Source: Parasegetibacter sp. (GTDB taxonomy: Bacteria > Bacteroidota > Bacteroidia > Chitinophagales > Chitinophagaceae). From it: a stretch of 36,286 bases of DNA. Shown here piece by piece: positions 29,501 through 36,286 of this stretch. The notes beneath the pieces were generated by a model. It made no database searches, was not told the DNA's origin, and saw only the letters and a program-made list of their open reading frames with translations. The stretch spans positions 1 through 36,286 of the forward strand of contig DATCKB010000402.1 of NCBI GenBank assembly GCA_036562505.1. The letters run 5' to 3'. The number at the start of each line of letters is the position of its first letter. Position 1 is the first letter of the stretch. Made by a program: the position numbers and the translations under genes.

Positions 29501-29687
29501 GCTTGGTGCCGCGGCCACAAGCCGTATACCACTGGGTATCGTAATTGTAGGCGGAATTATGTTCTCTTTAATCCTGACACTTTATGTAATTCCGGCTATG
29601 TACAGCTTTTTGTCTAACAGAAAGAAATCTGTTGAAGAAGAGGAACCTGAAACCGCGAAAGCAAGCATTTCTCTTGAGCAGGTATAA
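26577..29687 (+). CDS. RND efflux permease (AcrB/AcrD/AcrF family)
   Basis: 1036 aa. Proton-relay motifs GLVVDDGIIVTEN, VTKNGILIVEFA and RLRPILMT are intact. Confidence 0.96.
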   Translation: MSLPSLSLRRPVLAIVMNILIVIFGIVGFTFLGVRDYPAIDPPIINVRTSYAGANSDIIENQITEPLEKAINGIPGIRNITSTSAQGTSNITVEFELGVNLEEAANDVRDKVSQASRSLPNDLDAPPVVSKADASSDVIIAMTVQSNTRNQLEVTDYAVNNLVEKLQTIPGVSGTQIWGEKKYAMRIWLEPSKMSAYNITASDILSALNRENVELPSGKIAGNATELTVRTFGKLVTEEDFNSLIIRNDGGNVIRLRDVGNAVLGPENEETVLKESGVPMIAVAIIPQPGSNYVAISDEFYKRFERIKSEVPEDITLNIALDQTRFIKKSILEVEETLLIALVLVILIIYFFFRDWLMALRPLIDIPVCLIGAFFIMYIFDFSINILTLLGIVLATGLVVDDGIIVTENIYKKLEKGVPKMKAAREGSEEIFFAVIATSITLAFVFLPIVFLEGFVGRLFREFGIVVAGAVLISAFVSLTLTPVLNVKLTRKVHKHSWFYRKTEPFFRGMENGYKISLTRFMKIRWIAPIIILLCFGAIFLLFKTLPSELAPMEDRSQFRLSVSAPEGTSFDYMDDYIDKLSAFMKDSVPEKTVIISVTSPGFAGSGAANSGFVRVALTEPKHRERSQQEIVDMVNRNLRKFPQGRAFAIQEQTIQVNRRGGLPVSFVLQHINFDSLSKYLPEFLEKANQNPVFQGVDVDLKFNKPELKVEINRAKASELGVSVADINETLQLALSNRRFGYFNMNGKQYQVIGQVARDYRDDPFDLQNFYIKNNQGQPIQLDNVVTISESTSPPQIYHFNRYKSATVSAGLAPGKTIGDGIKAMQSIADEMNLSDHGFQTSLSGSSRDYADSSSNIMFAFILALVLIYLILAAQFDSFVDPATIMVTVPLAIAGALISLWIFDQTINIFSQIGMIMLIGLVTKNGILIVEFANHKRDEGLNKIEAAIEAASMRLRPILMTSLAMSLGALPIALSLGAAATSRIPLGIVIVGGIMFSLILTLYVIPAMYSFLSNRKKSVEEEEPETAKASISLEQV

Positions 29688-29707
29688 GTCTATATAAACA
29701 TTAACTG

Positions 29708-31042
29708 ATGAAACGTTCATATAATTTTCGGTTTATTTTTTCTCTTATTATACTGCTGGTTTCCGGAGGCATTCAACTGGCAACTGCTCAGGTATTAACC
29801 CTTGAGCAGGCTATCAATGCCGCTTTGGAAAAGAACTATGATATCCGATTAGCCAGAACCGATTCGGCTTCTTACGCTTTGGATAATCAATATGCTGTGA
29901 TGGCTTTTATCCCCAGATTTAATGCAACTGCAAGTAAAGTCTGGAATAATAATGCGCAGAAGCAGGAACTAAGCAGCGGGGTAAAACGTGATACATCCGG
30001 GCTAAAATCAAACAATCTTTCTGCAGCTATTAATATGAACTGGACATTGTTCGACGGACTGAAAATGTTCGCAACCAGAGAAAAGTTGCAGGAACTGGAA
30101 ACATTGGGTGGTTTAGGCGTAAAGAATAGTGTGATTAACACTGTAGCCGACGTCATCAATATTTATTTTGGTATTGTTCGTCAGAAGCAGCAGTTGAAAG
30201 CAATTGAAGAACTTATGTCGATCAGTGAAGAGAGAGTTACACTTGCAGAAAGAAAACTTTCAAGCGGTTTGGGAAGTAAACCTGAGCTGCTTCAGGCCCG
30301 CGTGGACCTGAACGCACAGAAATCTGCCCGGCTTCAGCAACAAACACTGATTGCACAATTGCGCGAAGAACTCAACCAGCTGATTGGATTTCCTAACGGT
30401 GAAGTTTATGATGTAAGTGACAGTATTCCGGTCAATACCTCTATTGCTTATGGAGACCTGATAAACAATCTTGAATTAACGAATCCGGATCTGCTGATTG
30501 CAAAAAAGAATATTGACATAGCCAGACTAACAGTGAAAGAGAGACGAGCAGATCTACTTCCTGTACTTAGCTTTAATTCAGCATATAATTTCTCGCGCAA
30601 TGCAAATCAGGCGGTAATTAACAGCTTTACTCCACTTTTCAATCAAAACCGTGGGTTTTCGTACGGGTTTGGTTTGAGTATTCCGATTCTTAATGGGTTT
30701 AATACGCGCCGGTTAATTAAGCAAGCCGAACTGGATGTTCAATATTTACAACTGAGCTTTGAAAACCGCGCGGCCTTGTTGAATACAGGACTAACCAATG
30801 CATACAAAAATTATAACCTGCAGATTAAACTACTTGCACTGGAAGAGGAAAACATCGAGTTAGCCCGGGAAAATCTAAACATTGCGATGGTTCGTTTCAG
30901 ACAGGGTGTTTCCACCAATCTGGAATTGCGAGAGGCTCAGTTAAGTCTGGAACAGGCGTATAACCGCCTCATTGCCGCAAGATACAATACCAAACTTGCG
31001 GAAACGGAATTACTTCGACTAAAAGGTGATCTGGTAAAATAG
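29708..31042 (+). CDS. TolC family outer-membrane efflux protein
   Basis: Signal peptide, LTLEQAINAALEKN, WTLFDG and RFRQGVSTNLELREAQ; third gene of the RND operon. Confidence 0.93.
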   Translation: MKRSYNFRFIFSLIILLVSGGIQLATAQVLTLEQAINAALEKNYDIRLARTDSASYALDNQYAVMAFIPRFNATASKVWNNNAQKQELSSGVKRDTSGLKSNNLSAAINMNWTLFDGLKMFATREKLQELETLGGLGVKNSVINTVADVINIYFGIVRQKQQLKAIEELMSISEERVTLAERKLSSGLGSKPELLQARVDLNAQKSARLQQQTLIAQLREELNQLIGFPNGEVYDVSDSIPVNTSIAYGDLINNLELTNPDLLIAKKNIDIARLTVKERRADLLPVLSFNSAYNFSRNANQAVINSFTPLFNQNRGFSYGFGLSIPILNGFNTRRLIKQAELDVQYLQLSFENRAALLNTGLTNAYKNYNLQIKLLALEEENIELARENLNIAMVRFRQGVSTNLELREAQLSLEQAYNRLIAARYNTKLAETELLRLKGDLVK

Positions 31043-31052
31043 CGTTATAACT

Positions 31053-31532
31053 CTATTTTCTTTTTACCCTATCTTTTAAAAAGACGCGTACATCTTGTGC
31101 GTCAACTTCTCCGTTCATAGCATCTTTCGGAACCAGAAAGAAGGATTTGGGGTCGAAGTAAAGATGGAAGAAATACGGGCTTTCAATAAAATAGCTTATT
31201 TCGTTCCACTGCCAGCTTCTTGAGCCTCTGCTGGTAACCAGAGAAAGTTCCTTATCGTGAAAATTAAGTGTAAACTCTTCTTTAAAGGTTTGGGATTTTT
31301 TGTAGATGCTTGAAGGCAAAACCCGCCAGATAATCAGCATCAGAAAAAACCAGAGAATGGAAAAAACCAGGAAAGATATTGCCTGAATCAATTTAAAATA
31401 AAAAAGTACCGCAGAGGTCAGCGCGAAAACATTGATGAGAATAAAGAGCAACTTTATTTCCGGACGGGTAAAGAAATGATAGCGTAATGCCTGAATTACC
31501 TGCTTTTTGTTATAGTTGAAGTGAATAGTCAT
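31053..31532 (-). CDS. YcxB-like membrane protein
   Basis: Two TM helices followed by a beta domain with SWQWNEI...FFLVPK. Start is ATG 31532 or the track start 31547. Confidence 0.75.
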   Translation of the reverse strand: MTIHFNYNKKQVIQALRYHFFTRPEIKLLFILINVFALTSAVLFYFKLIQAISFLVFSILWFFLMLIIWRVLPSSIYKKSQTFKEEFTLNFHDKELSLVTSRGSRSWQWNEISYFIESPYFFHLYFDPKSFFLVPKDAMNGEVDAQDVRVFLKDRVKRK

Positions 31533-31674
31533 TTTATAATAATTCAAAAGTTATAAGTCAAATTTCATCTCGCCCGAAACAAGAAAAAAGTCAGCAACTA
31601 AATTTTGGTTCCGGTAAAATTCTCGCCTCAATGTGGCAATCCTCATATAGCCGCATTGAAGCAGAGCAAAGGTA

Positions 31675-31711
31675 AAATTAAAACAGCGCAAGTGATTCAC
31701 CTGCGCTGTTT
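31675..31711 (-). terminator. Intrinsic terminator downstream of nrdJ
   Basis: Minus strand CAGCGCAGGTG-AAT-CACTTGCGCTG (11 bp, one G-U) followed by TTTTAATTT. Confidence 0.75.
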
Positions 31712-31800
31712 AGCTTATAATAGTTGGGTTATAATAATAACTATCTGGTCAGTATTTCGGTTACTTTATTCAGCATCCCTGAGTTGCTGACCTTTTCCTG

Positions 31801-34800
31801 CTAGCTGCAACCTAAGCTGTTTCCGCAATTAAGGCATTTGTAGCAGGTGCCGCTTCTTACTGTAATATGACCGCACACGTTACATGCGGGAGCGTCACTC
31901 TGCATGCTCTTCATGAAATCCTGGGTACTGTCTACCGCACCGGTTACGGCTTTTTTTGCTTTTACCGGAGCGCTTGCCGGACTAGCTGAAGTTGGTGCAG
32001 ATCCGGTTGGGGCTGTTACCCGTACACTGCTTAACTCGGGAGATGGTTTTTCATACTCCAGTGGAGTTGAGGGAACATCATCCCAGTCGTCAGTGCCTCT
32101 GTTCCCGATTTCGGGGGTATCCAGCACGTGAACCAGATCAGTACGATTCAGGTATTCGTATGCCAGGGTTCTGAATATAAAGTCAACAATTGAGGTTGTT
32201 GTTTTAATATTCGGATGATCTACCATACCCGCTGGTTCGAATTTGGTGAATACGAATTTCTCTACAAATTCTTCCAGAGGTACACCGTATTGAAGTCCGA
32301 CTGAAACAGCAATTGCAAAACAGTTCATCAGACTTCTTAACGTAGATCCTTCTTTTGCCAGATCCACGAAGATTTCACCTAATGTGCCATCGCTGTATTC
32401 ACCGGTGCGCAGGAAGATGGCCTGACCGTTGATTTTTGCTTTCTGTGTATAACCGCGACGTTTAGCGGGCAGGGTTCTTCTTTCTACGATTCTTGCCAGT
32501 TCACGTTTCAGTTTGGTATCAGGAGAAGCCTGAACACGTTTCTGAACTTCTTCGAGTAATTCTTCAACGGTAAGCTGGCTCAGATCTACGATACCAGGCC
32601 CAGCAAGAGGAACTTCTTCACTGGCTTCTGCTGCGGCATCAGCTTTTTTCTTCTTGTCGCTCTTGTTGCTGAGTGGCTGACTGAGTTTAGAACCGTCTCT
32701 GTAAAGTGCATTAGCTTTCAGACCTAATTTCCAGCTCAGGTAGTAGCAATCTGCGATTTCTTCAACAGTTGCTTCGTGAGGCAGGTTGATGGTTTTTGAA
32801 ATAGCACCGCTCAGGAATGGTTGAGTTGCAGCCATCATACGGATATGTCCGTGAGCATGAATATATCTTGTACCTTTTTTACCGCACTTGTTAGCACAGT
32901 CGAACACAGGCAGGTGCTCAGGTTTCAGGTAAGGAGCACCTTCAACCGTCATGGTACCGCAGATATAGTCATTTGCTTCTTCAATTTCCTCCTCAGTAAA
33001 TCCTAGTGCTTCAAGCAGGCTCCAATCCATGTTGTAGTACTGCTCTGGCTTGAATCCGAGGCGTTGCAGGCATTCCTCGCCGAGAGTATAAACGTTGAAT
33101 ACGAATCCGATTTCGAATGCCGAGCGGATAGCGTTTTCAAGTTTTTTGATTTCTTCGGCGATGAAGCCTTTCTCACTTAAAGTTTGGTGGTTGATATGAG
33201 GGGCGCCATCAAAAGTACCGGATCCAACCGCATACTTAACGATAGCTTCTACTTCTTTTTCAGAATATTTCAGGTTGCGTAAAGCCTGAGGAACTGATTG
33301 GTTGATAATTTTAAAGTATCCGCCACCGCTCAGTTTTTTGAATTTAACCAGCGCGAAATCGGGTTCAACACCAGTCGTATCGCAATCCATTACCAGACCG
33401 ATAGTTCCGGTAGGTGCGATAACAGTGGTTTGAGCGTTACGATAACCGAATTTTTCACCCATCTGCACTGCTTCGTCCCATGCTTTTGTTGCTGCTTTAA
33501 GCAGATAATCAGGGCAATGTTTTGCCTGAATACCCTGAGGCTTAACTGAAAGTCCGACATAAGCATCTTCTGCATCGTAAGCAGCTGCTCTGTGGTTTCT
33601 CATTACTCTCAGCATATCTTCACGGTTCTCTTCAAACTTCGCGAAAGGTCCTAAGATTTCGGCCATTTCTGCAGAAGTTTTATAAGCAGTACCGGTCATG
33701 ATAGCTGTGATAGCACCGGCGATACCTCTTGCTTCTTCACTGTCGTAAGCAATACCGCTTACCATCAGCATGGAACCGAGGTTGGCGTAACCCAGTCCGA
33801 GTGTTCTGTATTCGTAGGAAAGTTGTGCTACTTCCTGAGAAGGGAACTGAGCCATGAGTACGGAGATTTCCAGTACTACGGTCCAGAGGCGAACTACGTG
33901 TTCGAATCCTTCTACGTCGAATGTATTGGTTTCTTCGTTATAGAGTCTGCGCAGGTTAACTGAAGCCAGGTTGCAAGCGGTATTATCGAGGAACATATAC
34001 TCGCTGCAAGGGTTGGAGGCGCGGATGCGACCACCCTGCGGACAGGTATGCCATTCGTTGATGGTAGTATCGTATTGAGTACCCGGGTCAGCGCAGCGCC
34101 ATGCGGCGTAAGCGATCTGATTCCAGATTTCGCGGGCAGGAACTTTTTTCACTGTTTTGCCATCTGTTCTGGCTTTCAGCTCCCAGTCTTCGTTCTTTTC
34201 CAGTTTTTCGAAGAATTCGTTAGGAATACGAACAGAGTTATTTGAGTTCTGACCGCTGACGGTGAGGTAGGCTTCTCCTTCGTAGTCTGAAGGATAACCT
34301 GCAGCGATTAACGCGGCAACTTTCTTTTCTTCTTCCTTTTTCCAGTTGATGAATTCCAGAATTTCGGGGTGATCGAGATCCAGACACACCATTTTGGCAG
34401 CCCGGCGGGTAGTACCACCACTTTTTATGGCGCCCGCTGCGCGGTCGCCTATTTTCAGGAAGCTCATCAGTCCTGATGAGGTACCACCTCCACTGAGTTT
34501 TTCACCACCACCTCTGATGCTGGAGAAGTTAGTTCCAACACCGGAGCCATATTTGAAAATTCTTGCTTCACGTACCCAGAGATCCATGATTCCACCTTCA
34601 TTCACGAGGTCATCATTTACACTAAGGATAAAGCAGGCGTGAGGTTGAGGACGCTCATAGGCTGAAGTGGACTTTTTGAGTTGTCCATCTGCGTGATCTA
34701 CATAGTAGTGACCCTGAGGTTTACCCTTGATACCGTAAGACTCATAAAGTCCGGTATTGAACCATTGCGGAGAGTTAGGAACACATGCCTGATCGAGGAT

Positions 34801-35178
34801 GCAATAAACCAGCTCGTCATAGAAAATCTGCGCGTCAGCCTCAGAAGCGAAATAGTTGTACTTTTCACCCCATACTCTCCAGCAGTTTGCCATACGGTGG
34901 GCAACCTGTTTAACAGAAGTTTCTCTTCCGGTGGTACCATCCGGCTGCGGCACCCCTGCTTTACGAAAATATTTTTGAGCAAGAATATCAGTTGCGATCT
35001 GGCTCCATTGCTTCGGAACTTCCACGTTATTCATTTCAAAAACAACCTCACCGCTGGGGTTTCTGATAACAGATGTTCTGTAATCATATTCAAACAGGTC
35101 AAATACATTGACACCCTCGGTGGTAAACTTACGTGTGAAACGTAAGCCTTTATTAGTGGAAGTACTCTTTTTTGCCAT
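31801..35178 (-). CDS. nrdJ: Vitamin B12-dependent (class II) ribonucleotide reductase
   Basis: PNSPQWFNTG, PQPHACFI, GGTTRRAAKM, SNPCSEY (thiyl Cys), ACNLAS, IAPTGT and SGAISKT. A TSCPD-like region and a C-terminal CxxC...CxxC...GCS follow. Confidence 0.96.
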   Translation of the reverse strand: MAKKSTSTNKGLRFTRKFTTEGVNVFDLFEYDYRTSVIRNPSGEVVFEMNNVEVPKQWSQIATDILAQKYFRKAGVPQPDGTTGRETSVKQVAHRMANCWRVWGEKYNYFASEADAQIFYDELVYCILDQACVPNSPQWFNTGLYESYGIKGKPQGHYYVDHADGQLKKSTSAYERPQPHACFILSVNDDLVNEGGIMDLWVREARIFKYGSGVGTNFSSIRGGGEKLSGGGTSSGLMSFLKIGDRAAGAIKSGGTTRRAAKMVCLDLDHPEILEFINWKKEEEKKVAALIAAGYPSDYEGEAYLTVSGQNSNNSVRIPNEFFEKLEKNEDWELKARTDGKTVKKVPAREIWNQIAYAAWRCADPGTQYDTTINEWHTCPQGGRIRASNPCSEYMFLDNTACNLASVNLRRLYNEETNTFDVEGFEHVVRLWTVVLEISVLMAQFPSQEVAQLSYEYRTLGLGYANLGSMLMVSGIAYDSEEARGIAGAITAIMTGTAYKTSAEMAEILGPFAKFEENREDMLRVMRNHRAAAYDAEDAYVGLSVKPQGIQAKHCPDYLLKAATKAWDEAVQMGEKFGYRNAQTTVIAPTGTIGLVMDCDTTGVEPDFALVKFKKLSGGGYFKIINQSVPQALRNLKYSEKEVEAIVKYAVGSGTFDGAPHINHQTLSEKGFIAEEIKKLENAIRSAFEIGFVFNVYTLGEECLQRLGFKPEQYYNMDWSLLEALGFTEEEIEEANDYICGTMTVEGAPYLKPEHLPVFDCANKCGKKGTRYIHAHGHIRMMAATQPFLSGAISKTINLPHEATVEEIADCYYLSWKLGLKANALYRDGSKLSQPLSNKSDKKKKADAAAEASEEVPLAGPGIVDLSQLTVEELLEEVQKRVQASPDTKLKRELARIVERRTLPAKRRGYTQKAKINGQAIFLRTGEYSDGTLGEIFVDLAKEGSTLRSLMNCFAIAVSVGLQYGVPLEEFVEKFVFTKFEPAGMVDHPNIKTTTSIVDFIFRTLAYEYLNRTDLVHVLDTPEIGNRGTDDWDDVPSTPLEYEKPSPELSSVRVTAPTGSAPTSASPASAPVKAKKAVTGAVDSTQDFMKSMQSDAPACNVCGHITVRSGTCYKCLNCGNSLGCS

Positions 35179-35553
35179 GACGGAGCAGATTAAAAATGAT
35201 AAATTTTTGTTCGGACGGACAACGAAAATATTCTTCCAATTTCAAATTTCCTTTCTGTAAATATCAACACTATGTGGAAAAACAAGTTCGATTTTTGATG
35301 GTACTGCATCACAGCGTTTTTTGCCAATTTTCGGGCAAAAAAAAATTTGGCCGGGCAACAAAAATCCCTTTAAATAAGATTAAGCATATTATCAGGCAAA
35401 AATGCCATTAATCCAAAGCCTGCGAAGTAATAACAATTAAGCAGGCGCAATGTTTTCACAGTAATAGTTGTATTTTTTAATGTGAGATACACAATAAGCG
35501 GGTAAAGCCACATTTTTTTTGCATTTTTGCAACATTACCAATAGCCACAAAGG

Positions 35554-36286
35554 ATGAAGTCTCAAATTTATTCATCAATCCTGGAGAAGAAGCAAAGAGG
35601 TGAAAAATCCTTTGCTGTTTTGATTGACCCTGATAAGGTTGATGCAGGATCTATTGAAGAGCTGGCCGGTTTATCCATGGCAGCTAAAGTTGATTACCTG
35701 TTTGTAGGTGGCAGTTTGGTGATCTCCAATCACTTAGACGAGTGTATTACGCAACTTAAATCTATTTGCCACATACCTGTAATTCTCTTCCCCGGTAGCC
35801 CCTCTCAGGTGAGCAGATACGCAGATGCTCTGCTTTACCTTTCACTGATATCAGGAAGAAATCCGGAATTATTGATTGGTCAGCACGTAATTTCCGCTCC
35901 GTTTGTGAAACAAAGCGGCCTGGAGATTATTTCAACCGGTTATATGGTTATCGATGGAGGGGCGCCTACCACAGTTTCATATATCAGTAATGCAAGCCCG
36001 ATACCAGCAGATAAAAACGAAATCGCCATGTGCACGGCAATGGCAGGAGAAATGCTGGGAATGAAGCTTATTTACATGGATGCAGGCAGCGGTGCAAAAC
36101 GGCCCATCACCGAAAGTATGATCAAAACCGTTTCAAAAAGCATTGATGTTCCCCTGATTGTAGGTGGTGGGATTACTGACCCCGAAAAAGCTTATCGTAA
36201 CTGCTGCGCCGGAGCCGATGTCATCGTAGTAGGTAATGCGATCGAAAAAGATTCATCGCTGATAAAAGAAATCAGTGATGCCGTAA
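35554..36286 (+). CDS. Geranylgeranylglyceryl phosphate synthase family protein (group II-like), 3' end cut by the window edge
   Basis: Not in the ORF track. Manual translation from ATG 35554: MKSQIY...FAVLIDPDK...LFVGGS...ILFPG...SLISGRNP...TGYMVIDGG...IYMDAGSGA...LIVGGGI...GADVIVVGN. No in-frame stop before the edge; the final TAA is out of frame. Confidence 0.92.
   Translation, partial: MKSQIYSSILEKKQRGEKSFAVLIDPDKVDAGSIEELAGLSMAAKVDYLFVGGSLVISNHLDECITQLKSICHIPVILFPGSPSQVSRYADALLYLSLISGRNPELLIGQHVISAPFVKQSGLEIISTGYMVIDGGAPTTVSYISNASPIPADKNEIAMCTAMAGEMLGMKLIYMDAGSGAKRPITESMIKTVSKSIDVPLIVGGGITDPEKAYRNCCAGADVIVVGNAIEKDSSLIKEISDAV

Noticed and set aside
31605-31790. 61-aa ORF in the ycxB-nrdJ gap
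   Set aside because: TTG start and it runs through two hairpins, so it is better explained as regulatory DNA.
1127-35145. Many 60-154 aa ORFs nested in or antisense to the long genes
   Set aside because: They are shadow frames of well-supported CDSs, and none shows a recognisable domain.
31801-35178. Intein or intron in nrdJ
   Set aside because: The ORF is continuous, with no intein splice or LAGLIDADG motifs. The extra length is the usual C-terminal domains and low-complexity linkers.
35179-35553. Cobalamin riboswitch, NrdR boxes, or the 71-aa ORF at 35196-35411
   Set aside because: There is no B12-box-like sequence and only a half-site resemblance to an NrdR box (ACACAATA, 35489-35496). 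The ORF has no protein-like features.
1-36286. CRISPR array, IS/transposase, prophage, defence genes, tRNA/rRNA
   Set aside because: I saw no regularly spaced repeats, mobile-element ORFs or structural-RNA signatures by eye, and nearly all long ORFs have housekeeping assignments.

Overview
Chromosomal window from a Bacteroidota bacterium, probably Chitinophagaceae-like. The assignment rests on SusC/SusD, gldF/gldG, a T9SS cargo protein, a MurF-Alr fusion and TAnnTTTG promoter boxes. The left end is a minus-strand cell-surface-signalling locus: ECF sigma, FecR, STN-SusC, SusD and a secreted TPR protein cut by the window edge. The rest is mostly core genome: fumC; gldF-gldG-terC-murF/alr-lspA-lipoprotein; a T9SS cargo protein; iscS-iscA divergent from mce; acpP-fabF-rnc; a GNAT; an RND efflux operon; ycxB; class II RNR nrdJ; and a truncated group II GGGP synthase. 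I saw no transposase, prophage, CRISPR array, tRNA or rRNA. The most interesting signals are non-coding. One is a candidate cis-antisense sRNA whose promoter overlaps the susC start codon. Another is an orphan ~150-nt sRNA candidate between mce and rnc with a consensus promoter and a terminator. A third is a ~215-bp segment flanked by inverted repeats between ycxB and nrdJ. Alr, TerC and the ECF sigma also carry unusual substitutions at conserved positions. All calls come from reading motifs by eye; no searches were run.
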